A stretch of 64,000 bases of DNA from an uncultured bacterium. Lineage in GTDB: Bacteria; Patescibacteriota; Minisyncoccia; Phycocordibacterales; UBA918. Below the pieces are notes generated by a model that saw only the letters and a list, made by a program, of their open reading frames with translations, was not told the DNA's origin and ran no database searches. The position numbers and the translations under genes are program-made. This document shows, piece after piece, positions 1 to 10,502 of the stretch (positions within the stretch are counted from its first letter, which is position 1; the number at the start of each line of letters is the position of its first letter). The stretch lies in NCBI GenBank assembly GCA_965652925.1, contig CBFGXL010000004.1, positions 358 to 64,357 of the forward strand, read 5' to 3'.

Positions 1-203
1 GGTGCGCCCATAGGGCGCACCCCCACCCCAAGCACACGCTTGGGGTTTTAATGTGGCGACTTTACAAAGCAGATTTTCCATAGTACACTCGCCGCACCTT
101 TCATAAGGTTTATTAATTCTCCCGATATACGGCCTAACCCTGGCGATACGGACACGGCACACGAGAAACTGCTCGCCAAACACCGTAGATCGGCATAGAC
201 ACA

Positions 204-1316
204 ATGTCAGACACAACAATGGCAACCCCAGAGGTTGCAGCAGGTGTAATGAACACCTTCATTACCAAGACCCCGACACCACCTCAAGCTGGTGATCTTG
301 TTGATGGTACCGTCTCAGCTATCGGCCGAGCACGTGTATACATCGACATCCATCCATTTGGATCAGGACTGATCTACGGACGTGAGTACATGAATGCCCG
401 CGACATCCTTCGCAAGGTGCGTGTGGGTGACGCTATCGCAGCGAAAGTAGTTGATACCAACAATGAGGACGGCTACATCGAGCTTTCGCTCAAAGAAGCA
501 CGGCAGGCGCTTATCTGGGCTGACGCTGAAACAGCAGCCAAGAACCAGACGATCCTTTCACTTGAAGTAAAAGAAGCAAACAAAGGTGGGCTCATTATCG
601 AGTGGCAGGGCATTCAGGGATTCTTACCTGCTTCACAGCTTTCAGCTGAACACTATCCGCGTGTTGCAGACGGTGACAAAGATAAGATCCTTACGGCGCT
701 TAATGACCTCGTCGGCAAGCACCTCAATGTGATCGTGATCACTGCAGACCAAAAGGAAGGAAAGCTCATCTTCTCTGAGAAAGGACCTCAAGAGAAAGAG
801 GTGAAGGAAGAAAAAGTGAGCAAGTACGAAGTTGGTGACGTACTCAATGGAGAAGTTACCGGCGCAGTAGACTTCGGCGTATTCGTGAAGATCGAAGACG
901 GACTTGAAGGACTCGTCCACATCTCTGAACTCGACTGGGGCTTGGTTGAGGACACACGTTCTCTCTACAAGGTAGGCGACAAGGTACAGGTGAAGGTCAT
1001 TGAAGTGAAAGACGACAAGATCTCACTTTCTATCAAGCAGCTGAAAGAAAACCCTTGGAACGAGGCAGCAAACAAGTACAAGAAGGACGACATCGTCAAT
1101 GGTGTGGTCATCAAGTACAACAAGCATGGCGCCCTTGCTTCTATCGAAGAAGGAGTTGCGGGACTCGTCCACATCTCTGAGTTCGAGAACGAGGAAGAAT
1201 TGAAGAACACGCTTCCACTTGGAGGTGTCCAGAAGTTCAAAATCTCACTCTTTGAGCCAAAAGAACAGCGCATGACACTCACCTACAAGGAAGTGAATCA
1301 GGCTGAGGTGAAATAA
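204..1316 (+). CDS. rpsA: 30S ribosomal protein S1 (short form, four S1 domains)
   Basis: Repeated S1 RNA-binding domain signatures (GDxVxGxV...G.V...GLVHISE repeated). 370 aa. Followed by a bidirectional hairpin terminator. Confidence 0.8.
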   Translation: MSDTTMATPEVAAGVMNTFITKTPTPPQAGDLVDGTVSAIGRARVYIDIHPFGSGLIYGREYMNARDILRKVRVGDAIAAKVVDTNNEDGYIELSLKEARQALIWADAETAAKNQTILSLEVKEANKGGLIIEWQGIQGFLPASQLSAEHYPRVADGDKDKILTALNDLVGKHLNVIVITADQKEGKLIFSEKGPQEKEVKEEKVSKYEVGDVLNGEVTGAVDFGVFVKIEDGLEGLVHISELDWGLVEDTRSLYKVGDKVQVKVIEVKDDKISLSIKQLKENPWNEAANKYKKDDIVNGVVIKYNKHGALASIEEGVAGLVHISEFENEEELKNTLPLGGVQKFKISLFEPKEQRMTLTYKEVNQAEVK

Positions 1317-1352
1317 ATACTCAGCTATTGCGTAGCACTCTATAGAACAGCA

Positions 1353-1387
1353 CAAAAAAGCTCGCCGCATGCGGCGAGCTTTTTTGT
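1353..1387. terminator. Bidirectional rho-independent terminator between rpsA (+) and pth (-)
   Basis: Perfect hairpin gctcgccgcatgcggcgagc flanked by A-run and T-run. Confidence 0.75.
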
Positions 1388-1398
1388 GCATCATAATA

Positions 1399-1983
1399 TT
1401 AATTAAATGTATTCATGACCTCCTGCGGTCCCTGTTGCACAAAAACACCGATCAGTGAAGCAATCATATCCTGCACAGGCGCCAGCTCCTGCAGTTCCCT
1501 TTTAGAAAAAGTACCCAATACATATGAGGAGAGTTTCTCGCCTTTTGGCCGGACGAGTTTGCCTGTCCATAGACTCTTTTTGCCGATGCCGATGCGCAGC
1601 CGTGCAAAATCCCTGCTGTGGAGACTTTCAATCACTGACTTGACGCCATTGTGTCCGCCATCCCCTCTGCCAAAAGAGGCTTTCATCTCCCCAAGAGGTA
1701 TGTCAATTTCGTCATACACGAGCATGAGCTTCTCAACAGCATCTTTGGGAACCAATTTTTTAACAGCGCTCCCTGAAGCGTTCATAAATGTCGATGGCAG
1801 TAGCACCGTTATCTCCTTGCCCTCGTATACGCCTTCTGAGATCAACCCGCTGAAAGTGCTCGACTGCCGTAGCTGCGGCAAACCTGCTGTTTCCACAAAA
1901 TTCCGCAGCAGCATGAAACCAATGTTATGCCGGGTGTTCTCATACTCCTTTCCTGGGTTGCCCAATCCGACTATGTAATGCAT
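1399..1983 (-). CDS. pth: Peptidyl-tRNA hydrolase
   Basis: Motif IVGLGNPGKEYENTRHNIGF is classic Pth. I place the start at the internal MHYIVGLGNPG; the track ORF runs upstream to 2079. Confidence 0.85.
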   Translation of the reverse strand: MHYIVGLGNPGKEYENTRHNIGFMLLRNFVETAGLPQLRQSSTFSGLISEGVYEGKEITVLLPSTFMNASGSAVKKLVPKDAVEKLMLVYDEIDIPLGEMKASFGRGDGGHNGVKSVIESLHSRDFARLRIGIGKKSLWTGKLVRPKGEKLSSYVLGTFSKRELQELAPVQDMIASLIGVFVQQGPQEVMNTFN

Positions 1984-2117
1984 GAGATGAGTATACCAGG
2001 TAGCATTTATTTTTTCCGTAGTCACTTCTGATGTGGTGTTGTGCCAAAGTAGATGCGAATTTTTGCTTAATTCCTCCATTGAACTATAATAGGGAGCGAT
2101 AGATTCCTAACCACATT

Positions 2118-2735
2118 ATGAGCACCTTACAAACACCACAACCTATGCAAGAAGAGCATACTGCAACAGAACAAAACCTTGAAAAAAAGAAGCATCCGTT
2201 TGCTGAAATCGTGGAGTTTGCGCTCATTGCCCTCCTGATCGTTGTCCCGGTTCGCATGTTCATTGCCCAGCCGTTTATTGTGTCTGGCGCCTCAATGGAG
2301 GACACATTCCATAGCGGTGAATATCTCATCATCGACCAGGTCACATATCGTCTTCAGGACCCGAAACGCGGAGATGTCATCGTGTTCCGCTATCCGCAAG
2401 ACCCCTCAAAATACTTCATAAAGCGTATTATTGGCATTCCTGGCGATATCATTGATATACAAGGAGACGTAGTAAACGTCACTACCAAAGAGGGTGAAAC
2501 ACTCGTACTTGACGAGCCCTATATAAAATCGATGGCTGAGAATACCACTCTTACCGAAACCCTCGGCGACCGCGAATACTTCGTCATGGGAGACAACCGC
2601 GACGCAAGCTCTGACTCTCGCGTGTGGGGAGTACTTCAGAAGGAAAAAATAATCGGCAAGGCCTTCGTTCGACTGTTCCCGTTCAGCGAGGCTGGAGTAC
2701 TTCCTGGAGAGTACAACATTACCAATAACAATTAA
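2118..2735 (+). CDS. lepB: Signal peptidase I
   Basis: N-terminal TM helix, catalytic SGASME region, and GDNRDASSDSRVWG box typical of the SPase I S26 family. Confidence 0.85.
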   Translation: MSTLQTPQPMQEEHTATEQNLEKKKHPFAEIVEFALIALLIVVPVRMFIAQPFIVSGASMEDTFHSGEYLIIDQVTYRLQDPKRGDVIVFRYPQDPSKYFIKRIIGIPGDIIDIQGDVVNVTTKEGETLVLDEPYIKSMAENTTLTETLGDREYFVMGDNRDASSDSRVWGVLQKEKIIGKAFVRLFPFSEAGVLPGEYNITNNN

Positions 2736-2741
2736 ATACGT

Positions 2742-3920
2742 ATGGAGGTCACCGCAACAGATTTTTTGAAGCACGCATCAAGCACTGCTGAGCATTTTGG
2801 TTTCAAGAATATTGAAGCCCTAAAAAAACACCCAGCCTGCAAAAGTTGCGCAAAAAAACTGGAACACACCGCAAGCGCACAAGACCGGCGCATCGACGCC
2901 TTGCACGGCATGCTCACTTCAGGTATGCACACCTTCTGTGACGCGAAACTCCACGCCATACCTGAACCCGTCCTTTTCTATACTATTGAACAGGTGCCTC
3001 GCTCAGGCGAGGCTGCGGTCACCTTCCAGGTGTTTAATGTCGAGAAGAGCATTGCTGAAGCAATTCTCATTCAAGCTACGCGGGCACTCACCCGTGATCT
3101 GGGGTTTTTGAATCACAGTGTGCGCATCAATTCGCTCGGCGATCGGGATTCTTCGACGCGATACATCCGGGAACTCACCAATTATCTCCGAAAGCGTCTG
3201 GACGATATGCCTGAAGCTGCTCGCGAGCTCATGAAGGAGCATGCACTCTCAGCTCTTACTCATCTCATAGAGAAGGAACACGAACTCGCCTATAAATCAC
3301 CCAACCCTCTGGAATATCTCTCCGACCAGAGCCGCAAGCACTTCAGAGAAATTGTCGAGTATTTGGATATGACTGATACACCGTATGAGATAGATCCAAA
3401 GCTCATCGGCCATCACGAGTGCTATTCTGACGCGCTGTTTGCCATTGACCTCCTCAACGACGAAGGTTCTCGAATACAGCACGCGCCACTCTATATACGA
3501 GGCGGACGATACAATGAATTCGTATACCGCAACACCAAACAGCAGATCCCTGCAGCGGGGGCAGTTGTTGTACTCCGTGACAAGAAGGCACCGGCACGAA
3601 CGCCTCGCACTCGTCTATCAACCCCGTCAGTATATGTGGTGCAGCTTGGATTCGGACCAAAGGTGACAAGTCTGGTTCTTATAGATGAACTGCGCAAAGC
3701 GGGTATCAGCGTCCACCAGAATCTTGCAAGTGATTCCCTCTCAACACAGCTACGCGATGCGGAGTCACGCAATGTGAAATATACGATCATCATAGGACAA
3801 AAAGAGTTTGTTGATGGCACAGTGATTCTTCGAGACATGGAGGGTCGCAATCAGGAGTACGTACCTATACAGGCTCTGGCTGGACGCTTGAAGCGTTCAG
3901 CACGGCAATCGACCCTGTAA
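2742..3920 (+). CDS. hisS: Histidyl-tRNA synthetase-like class II aaRS (divergent)
   Basis: GGRYNEF resembles the HisRS GGRYD motif. The C-terminal ~90 aa look like a class II anticodon-binding domain (VYVVQLG...TIIIGQKEFVDGTVILRDMEG). The N-terminal catalytic motifs are weakly conserved. Confidence 0.5.
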   Translation: MEVTATDFLKHASSTAEHFGFKNIEALKKHPACKSCAKKLEHTASAQDRRIDALHGMLTSGMHTFCDAKLHAIPEPVLFYTIEQVPRSGEAAVTFQVFNVEKSIAEAILIQATRALTRDLGFLNHSVRINSLGDRDSSTRYIRELTNYLRKRLDDMPEAARELMKEHALSALTHLIEKEHELAYKSPNPLEYLSDQSRKHFREIVEYLDMTDTPYEIDPKLIGHHECYSDALFAIDLLNDEGSRIQHAPLYIRGGRYNEFVYRNTKQQIPAAGAVVVLRDKKAPARTPRTRLSTPSVYVVQLGFGPKVTSLVLIDELRKAGISVHQNLASDSLSTQLRDAESRNVKYTIIIGQKEFVDGTVILRDMEGRNQEYVPIQALAGRLKRSARQSTL

Positions 3921-3978
3921 TAGAGGCCAGAAATTCACTTGCGTTGTTGGCGAGGGAATGGTATTCTTTCGCCCACAT

Positions 3979-4224
3979 ATGGCAACAAACGTTCAAGTAG
4001 AAAAGAATCAAAACGAGAGCAGCGCAAACGTCATTCGACGGTTCACTAAGCGCATGCAGGGATCGGGTGTACTTCAGCGCGTCCGCAAGAATCGCTACTA
4101 TTCTCGAACCAAGAGCGAGAACGTCCGCAAGGAGGCTCGGCTCAAGAAACTTACAAAGATGGTAGAGTACGAGAAGCAACTGAAACTCGGCAAGATCCAG
4201 GAAAAAGCTCCACGTCGACGATAA
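3979..4224 (+). CDS. rpsU: 30S ribosomal protein S21
   Basis: Basic 81-aa protein with an IRRFTKRMQGSGVLQRVRKNRYYSRTKSE pattern like S21. Start taken at internal MATNVQV. Terminator hairpin at 4229-4256. Confidence 0.7.
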   Translation: MATNVQVEKNQNESSANVIRRFTKRMQGSGVLQRVRKNRYYSRTKSENVRKEARLKKLTKMVEYEKQLKLGKIQEKAPRRR

Positions 4225-4279
4225 TACCCAAAGCCCAGCGTTCAGCTGGGCTTTGTTGTAATGCTATACTTAAGAACGC

Positions 4280-4663
4280 ATGCATATTACTTTCTCCCTC
4301 AGCGCGACAAGCAAAACCTATCCGAACTTCCCCTATCAGAAGATGAAAGATGATATCCTCGGAAAACAGTATGCCCTCTCACTTGCGTTCATTGGTGCTA
4401 CCCGTGCACAAAGGCTTAACCAAGAACACCGGGGCAAAACATATGTGCCAAACGTGCTTTCGTTTCCACTCGACGATACTGCGGGCGAGATTTATATCGC
4501 TCCCTCTGTTGCCAAAAAGCAGGCGCACAAGTACAACATGAGTGTTGATGGCTATATTGGCTTCTTATTTATCCACGCATTGCTCCATTTGAAAGGGTAC
4601 GACCATGGCGCTACAATGGACAAAGCAGAAAAGAGGTATTGTAATAAATACCATCTGCGCTAA
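4280..4663 (+). CDS. ybeY: rRNA maturation endoribonuclease YbeY
   Basis: HALLHLKGYDH zinc-binding motif (HxxxHxxGYDH), the YbeY signature. Confidence 0.8.
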   Translation: MHITFSLSATSKTYPNFPYQKMKDDILGKQYALSLAFIGATRAQRLNQEHRGKTYVPNVLSFPLDDTAGEIYIAPSVAKKQAHKYNMSVDGYIGFLFIHALLHLKGYDHGATMDKAEKRYCNKYHLR

Positions 4664-4694
4664 TAGACGCATTACGCGTACTTTTTTATAGATA

Positions 4695-5867
4695 ATGACT
4701 GACCGCATCATAACTGGCATAGACGTAGGAACCTATCAGGTGAAGGTCGTTATTGTTCGTGTACCTATGAAAAAACAAGGAGAGCATACTCTCCCCCAAA
4801 TTATCGGTACCGGATACGCGGAAAGTCGCGGACTACGCAACGGATACATCATCAATGAAACTGACGTGGTGCGTAGCGTACGCAGTGCTGTTGCACAGGC
4901 AGAAAAAGCCGCGGGTGTGGAAGTAAAAAAAGCTTATGTGGCAATAGGAGGCATCGGTATAGATGAAATTACCTCAAAGGGGGAAATCATCACTTCTCGA
5001 GCGGATTCAGAGATCACACAGATCGACATCGACAAAGCCATGCAAGACAGCGAGGAACGGATCCAGGAACACATACCTAATCGAAAGATCCTCCACGCAA
5101 TTCCGCTGTCATACCGTGTTGACAATGAGCTCGTGCTCGGAAAGGCAATTGGCATGCGTGGGACAAAACTGGAGGTGGAGACACTTTTCATAACCACATT
5201 CGAACAACACCTCAACGACTTGGTAACTGCCATCGAAAACACAGGCATCGCTGTTGAGGATGTCATGGCTTCACCTCTTGCTGCTTCCTTTGTCATGCTC
5301 ACCAAAGCGCAGAAACGAGCCGGCTGTGTTTTGGCCAACATCGGAGCAGAAACGGTTTCCATAGTTGTGTTCGAGAACAGCACTCCTATTTCTATAAAAA
5401 TATTCCCTATCGGATCAAACGACATCACCAATGACATTGCTCTTGGCCTGAAGATCACTCTCGAAGAAGCTGAGAAGATCAAGCGCGGAGGGATGAGCAC
5501 AACCAATTACTCGAAGCGAAAACTTGACGAGATCATTGCTGCACGCCTCACCGACATCTTTGAACTCATCGACATGCATCTGAAGAAAATCAGGAAGGAT
5601 GGTCTCCTCCCCGCGGGAATCGTGATCACCGGTGGAGGTTCTGGTGTTGCAAGCATTCAGGACCTCGCCCGTGCTTCCCTTAAACTCCCTTCCCGCATCG
5701 CTACACTTGATCCAGGCCAGAACGGCAAAGTACGGGATGCTTCATGGGCAGTCTCCTATGGTCTGTGCATGTGGGGCGCAAGCGACAGCGAAGACAGCTC
5801 AACCATTGGAATCGCAAAGAAGACCAAGAACACACTTGTTAATTGGCTCAGTCAATTCCTCCCCTAA
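4695..5867 (+). CDS. ftsA: Cell division protein FtsA
   Basis: Actin-like ATPase motifs (ITGIDVGT..., IGGIGIDE, VITGGGSGV) at FtsA-like length. Confidence 0.85.
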   Translation: MTDRIITGIDVGTYQVKVVIVRVPMKKQGEHTLPQIIGTGYAESRGLRNGYIINETDVVRSVRSAVAQAEKAAGVEVKKAYVAIGGIGIDEITSKGEIITSRADSEITQIDIDKAMQDSEERIQEHIPNRKILHAIPLSYRVDNELVLGKAIGMRGTKLEVETLFITTFEQHLNDLVTAIENTGIAVEDVMASPLAASFVMLTKAQKRAGCVLANIGAETVSIVVFENSTPISIKIFPIGSNDITNDIALGLKITLEEAEKIKRGGMSTTNYSKRKLDEIIAARLTDIFELIDMHLKKIRKDGLLPAGIVITGGGSGVASIQDLARASLKLPSRIATLDPGQNGKVRDASWAVSYGLCMWGASDSEDSSTIGIAKKTKNTLVNWLSQFLP

Positions 5868-5868
5868 T

Positions 5869-6504
5869 TTAGTATTTAAGCCACTCTCCTTCAGACACGA
5901 CCTGTATAAGGTCGTTTTCTATTTTGATACCCGACTGATCATCTATCGCATAGAGTTCGTTGGAAATACCCTCTAAATATTTTCTGTTGCCCTGGTGACT
6001 CACCTGTTCAGGAGTATGCGGCGAGATCTCAAAATTGATAAAACCTAAACCAGAGAAGTCAGTAAGATCAGACAGATTCTTGTCTCCATCATCAATGCTT
6101 GCAATAGCAATACTTGGCGTCATTACAATTGTCCCAGCACTAATGCCAACTACAACTTTTTCGTCTCTATGAGAGTAAAGCCACTCCCCAAAGCCCGCCT
6201 TCCGTATCTGATCAATAAGGTGAAACGTATTACCTCCTGAGATCACTACACAGTCCACACTCTCGAACCGCCCTTTCCAGTCCACACCTTCGGCAGATAT
6301 GTCGATTATGTCTATCCACTGAAATCCAAATCCCTGAAGGTTTGAGAGCTGACGCAAAAACCATTCCTTATTGCCCGGTTCCACATTTGCAGCGGTGGGA
6401 ATGAATCCTATCTTTGTCTGACCATTAGGCTTCCCAAGAAGATCAGAAAGAGCGTCGGCAAGAGACCTATTAGTAATACCTGCGGAGGTAAGAAGCATTT
6501 TCAC
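5869..6504 (-). CDS. Peptidase S51 family (dipeptidase E-like)
   Basis: MKMLLTSAGI start and the VISGGNTFHLIDQIRKAGF segment match the S51 / class I glutamine amidotransferase-like fold. It lies between ftsA and ftsZ on the opposite strand. Confidence 0.6.
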   Translation of the reverse strand: MKMLLTSAGITNRSLADALSDLLGKPNGQTKIGFIPTAANVEPGNKEWFLRQLSNLQGFGFQWIDIIDISAEGVDWKGRFESVDCVVISGGNTFHLIDQIRKAGFGEWLYSHRDEKVVVGISAGTIVMTPSIAIASIDDGDKNLSDLTDFSGLGFINFEISPHTPEQVSHQGNRKYLEGISNELYAIDDQSGIKIENDLIQVVSEGEWLKY

Positions 6505-6680
6505 ATAATGATTATAACAGTTTTTGAGTGATTAATTGTAACAAAAAAGTGTTTAGGTCAATCACACGAAAGAGAAAAGTGTCAATATAGTGACAGGCTT
6601 ACATCAGCACTGTATGATTGTGCTACTTATCAGTTCAGGACCTAGGGATGGGTTTCTGGGGTATTACATATTAAAGTGTT

Positions 6681-7931
6681 ATGGAACAAATAAAGTCAGA
6701 TGTTGAATCGTTTGCACGTATACGCGTTATTGGTGTTGGTGGTTCGGGAAACAATGCGGTCAACCACATGGTGGCCTCAAAGATCAAAGGAGTTGAGTTC
6801 ATTGCCATCAACAGCGATGCGCAGGACCTCCATCACTCTCTTGCAAAGAAGAAGATCCACATCGGAAAGAACCTTACTCGAGGGCTTGGTGCAGGAGGAA
6901 ACCCTGACATGGGAAAGCGTGCTGCTGAAGAGACACGTGAGGAGATCGCAAATTCTTTGAAAGGTTCAGACATGATCTTCATTACCGGAGGTATGGGTGG
7001 AGGAACCGGAACAGGAGCTGCTCCCGTAGTGGCAAAGATCGCTCGGGAAAGCGGAGCGCTGACTGTAGGTGTAGTGACCAAGCCGTTCTTGTTCGAAGGA
7101 CAGGAACGTATGCGCTTGGCACTGCAGGGTATTGAAGAACTCAAGCGCGAAGTTGATGCACTCATCACCATCCCTAACGACCGACTGCTCGCTATTGTAG
7201 ACAAAGACACAACGGTAAAGACCGCGTTCGCCATGTGTGACGACATCCTTAAGCAGGCTGTTGAGGGAATTTCTGACCTCATCACGATGCCAGGTATCAT
7301 CAACGTTGACTTTGCTGACATTCGTTCTGTCATGGAAAATGCAGGAAGTGCACTTATGGGTATCGGTATGTCTACCGGCGAGAAGCGTGCTGAGGAAGCT
7401 GCACGGGCTTCGATCAATTCTCCCCTTCTTGAAGTATCAATCACTGGAGCGAAAGGTGTACTCTTCGCTATTGCAGGAGGCGATGACCTCGGAATGCTTG
7501 AGATCCAGGACGCTGCACGAGTGATCACTGAATCGATTGATCCACATGCAAAGGTCATCTTTGGAGCTATCCGCGACGAGAAGCTTAAGAAGAATGAGAT
7601 CAAGGTTACTGTTATCGCAACCGGGTTCCCTGAGCCTGAAAGCAATCACATCAGCTCATCAACTATTGTTCGTACGCCAATCCAGACGCGCGTACCTGAG
7701 GAAGCTGTTGCTCAAGAAGACACTCGTGGAAGGATATTCAATTCGCTTGGCACGCCACGACGCCGCGAGATGACCGAGGAAGTGGCTGAACAGGAAGCAG
7801 AACGCCCCGTTATTGCGCAGCCCAAATCAGACATCAAAGCTGAACCTCGACCAGTTGATCCAATCGATGAGGAGGACGACGAGGACTGGGGGGCAGTACC
7901 TGCATTTTTGAGGAGATCAAAGTTAAAGTAA
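6681..7931 (+). CDS. ftsZ: Cell division protein FtsZ
   Basis: [13 protein letters not shown] and the tubulin signature [13 protein letters not shown]. Acidic C-terminal tail. Terminator hairpin at 7944-7982. Confidence 0.95.
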   Translation: MEQIKSDVESFARIRVIGVGGSGNNAVNHMVASKIKGVEFIAINSDAQDLHHSLAKKKIHIGKNLTRGLGAGGNPDMGKRAAEETREEIANSLKGSDMIFITGGMGGGTGTGAAPVVAKIARESGALTVGVVTKPFLFEGQERMRLALQGIEELKREVDALITIPNDRLLAIVDKDTTVKTAFAMCDDILKQAVEGISDLITMPGIINVDFADIRSVMENAGSALMGIGMSTGEKRAEEAARASINSPLLEVSITGAKGVLFAIAGGDDLGMLEIQDAARVITESIDPHAKVIFGAIRDEKLKKNEIKVTVIATGFPEPESNHISSSTIVRTPIQTRVPEEAVAQEDTRGRIFNSLGTPRRREMTEEVAEQEAERPVIAQPKSDIKAEPRPVDPIDEEDDEDWGAVPAFLRRSKLK

Positions 7932-8066
7932 GACATAGGCCAGAACAACAAAACACACGCGTCTGCGTGTGTTTTGTTGTTTATGCATGTTTGGGTATAA
8001 TAGGCCAACATTACAAATCAATAGAGGCAGACGGGGTGTTTGTCTCAGCTATTCTTACTTCATCAC

Positions 8067-8987
8067 ATGTACGACTTGATCATCATTGGCGGCGGACCGG
8101 CAGGTGTCGCAGCTGGAGTCTATGCGTCTCGCAAGCAGCTACGCACACTTTTTGTCACTAAAGAATGGGGTGGGCAAAGTACTGTATCTGTTGAGATCCA
8201 GAACTGGATAGGTACCCCAGCAATATCAGGCTCCGAGCTCGCGAAGAATCTCCAGAATCATCTACAGACCTATGCGGGTGAATTTGTTGAGATCAAGCCC
8301 AACATGCTCGTGACCGCTCTCACGAAGGAAGACAATGTGTTTACAGTAACCCTCGGCTCCGGCGAGACTGTTCAAGCACTTTCAGTCTTGATCGCAAGTG
8401 GATCACAACGCAGACGTTTGCAAGCCCCAGGAGCAGATGAGTTTGAGCACAAAGGCCTCACTTACTGTGCTTCGTGTGATGGGCCACTCTTTGCCGGACA
8501 GGATGTTGCTGTTGTCGGAGCGGGCAATGCCGGTTTCGAGACCGCCGCGCAGCTGCTTGCGTACGCGAAGAGCGTTACCCTCTTCCAGCGAAGTGCCGTT
8601 CCAAAAGCTGACCCAGTTACGGTTGAGCGTGTTCTCTCGCACCCCAACATGCGAAGCATCGCAAATTCAACCATCACTGGTGTATATGGCGAGAAATTTG
8701 TGTCGAGCATTGGCTACAGCGTAGATGGCGCCGAGGAACAGAAGCTCCCGGTTGCAGGAGTGTTCGTGGAGATCGGTATGGTACCAAACACTGACTTTGC
8801 AGCAGGTGCTGTCGAGCTCGATGAGTACAACCGCATCAAGATAGACCCATGGACGCAGAAGACCTCTACCCCAGGCATATGGGCTGCTGGCGATTGCACG
8901 AACATTAAGTACCACCAGAACAATATTTCAGCTGGAGACGCAGTGCGTGCGCTTGAGGACATCTACGTACACCTCAAGACCAAATAG
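8067..8987 (+). CDS. trxB: Thioredoxin-disulfide reductase
   Basis: FAD Rossmann motif IIGGGPAG, redox-active CASCDG (CxxC), and NAD(P) motif VVGAGNAG. Start taken at MYDLIIIGG. Confidence 0.85.
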   Translation: MYDLIIIGGGPAGVAAGVYASRKQLRTLFVTKEWGGQSTVSVEIQNWIGTPAISGSELAKNLQNHLQTYAGEFVEIKPNMLVTALTKEDNVFTVTLGSGETVQALSVLIASGSQRRRLQAPGADEFEHKGLTYCASCDGPLFAGQDVAVVGAGNAGFETAAQLLAYAKSVTLFQRSAVPKADPVTVERVLSHPNMRSIANSTITGVYGEKFVSSIGYSVDGAEEQKLPVAGVFVEIGMVPNTDFAAGAVELDEYNRIKIDPWTQKTSTPGIWAAGDCTNIKYHQNNISAGDAVRALEDIYVHLKTK

Positions 8988-9266
8988 CAACCACCTGCCG
9001 GTTGAATCTGAATATTAAAAAACAAAAGGCCGCCTTATTTAAGGGCGCCTTTTGTTGTACAACGTAGAGCTTTGGCCTGCACGCCTGTGTTGCGTAGCCT
9101 CGCAACAGAGTATGAAGATTCACCACCGCGCAAACCTTCAATAATGTTCTCACATGAAAATGAAGCGTCAATGAATCGTGAAAAACGTTATTTTAAGGCG
9201 TTGCTGTGCATAACCTGTGCATATGTGGGTGCATAACAGAGAGGAGAAGTGAGTGCAGAACTATGT

Positions 9267-9698
9267 CTACAACTCACTTGCACAATCTAACAGCGAAAGC
9301 CCGGTCTCTTCGTCATATTCCCGCTCAACGGTGGTCGGTAGAGTCCGCAGGACAACCTCGAGCACGATACCCGCGCTCATCTTTTCAATATGTCCACCAA
9401 AAGCCTTATTGTCTCTTCCTGTGAATACCCCGTGCACATGCACAAAGGGCTTGCCGTCTTTAAGCGCTACATTTCCCGTGAGACTCACCACCTCCACGAT
9501 CTCTGGGTATTGCGTGAAATAATATTTCTTTTCATCAAGAGCATAGTAGCCGCACGAGATATCCTTTGCCGCACCGATGCCGGTGAACGAAGCATTGTTG
9601 ATGCCCTCCTCAACGCAAAACTCAGTGAGCGAGGTAATGAACTCCTCGCCTTTATCGATCCGTAAGATATACGTTGCATCAGTTTTGGTGTACCGCAT
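9267..9698 (-). CDS. PPC/DUF296 domain protein (PD1-like DNA-binding fold)
   Basis: 143 aa with a HVHGVFTG...GGHIEKMSAGIVLEVVL pattern typical of the PPC (plants and prokaryotes conserved, COG1661) domain. Confidence 0.55.
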   Translation of the reverse strand: MRYTKTDATYILRIDKGEEFITSLTEFCVEEGINNASFTGIGAAKDISCGYYALDEKKYYFTQYPEIVEVVSLTGNVALKDGKPFVHVHGVFTGRDNKAFGGHIEKMSAGIVLEVVLRTLPTTVEREYDEETGLSLLDCASEL

Positions 9699-9707
9699 GG
9701 ATAAGTA

Positions 9708-10472
9708 CTATACCTCAAAAAGTGAACCGACAAGAAACGCAACCGTTGCAGCAGCGCCACCCACGAGCACAACCTCAATAAGCGATGAGCGCAAAGACGA
9801 TCCGACGATCTTCCATTTCAGAAGCCCGAGCAGCAAGAGCGCAACACCAGTGCCTACCACTGAATAGACGAACACCGTGCTTGCTGGCGCAGTAGTAGCA
9901 AACATAAATGGCAAAAGCGGAATGACCCCGAAAATAAGGAAAGAGAAAAACGTCGCCAAGCCCGTACGAACAGGGTTATCTCCTCGAGGATCAGGCATCT
10001 CAAGCTCATGATTCATCATGAAGTCTACCCAATACTCCTCATTCTTCCGGTAGAGCGCAGCCATAGTACGCGCATCAGTTTCCTCGTACCCTTTTTTCAT
10101 AAGGATGGTCACGGTCTCCTCAAATTCCATTTCAGTGTGTTGCTTCACCTCATTTGTCTCTTTGCGCCGTGCTGCTTTGTAGAGGTCTTGGTCAGACTTC
10201 ACTGATAAAAAGTTGCCGAGACCCATTGAGACACCATCGGCAAAGAGGTTTGCAAGCCCGAACAAGAGCACTACCAAAAACGACAACTGCGTTGTCGTTT
10301 CATTGGAAAGTGCAGCGCCTGAAAACCCGGCCACAACAGCAAACGTGGTGATAATGCCGTCGATACCGCCGTAAATCACTTCCTTGAAATAACTTTCAAA
10401 AGCTGACTGTTTGTGTTCATTATGAAGATGCTGCTCCAATACTTCCTCCCTTTTTTCAAGTGTGGAGTTCAT
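9708..10472 (-). CDS. VIT1/CCC1 family iron/manganese transporter-like membrane protein
   Basis: GGIDGIITTFAVVAGFSGA motif of the VIT family. Cytoplasmic helical insert, then C-terminal TM helices. Confidence 0.7.
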   Translation of the reverse strand: MNSTLEKREEVLEQHLHNEHKQSAFESYFKEVIYGGIDGIITTFAVVAGFSGAALSNETTTQLSFLVVLLFGLANLFADGVSMGLGNFLSVKSDQDLYKAARRKETNEVKQHTEMEFEETVTILMKKGYEETDARTMAALYRKNEEYWVDFMMNHELEMPDPRGDNPVRTGLATFFSFLIFGVIPLLPFMFATTAPASTVFVYSVVGTGVALLLLGLLKWKIVGSSLRSSLIEVVLVGGAAATVAFLVGSLFEV

Positions 10473-10502
10473 AATTGTATGGTAGCACAGCAGAGCTTCC
10501 GC

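Noticed and set aside
6833-7645. 270-aa minus-strand ORF and other long antisense ORFs within ftsZ, glmS (18016-18972 plus-strand set), valS, the ABC transporter and the TPR protein
   Set aside because: These are antisense shadows of strongly supported genes, typical of moderately GC-rich coding regions.
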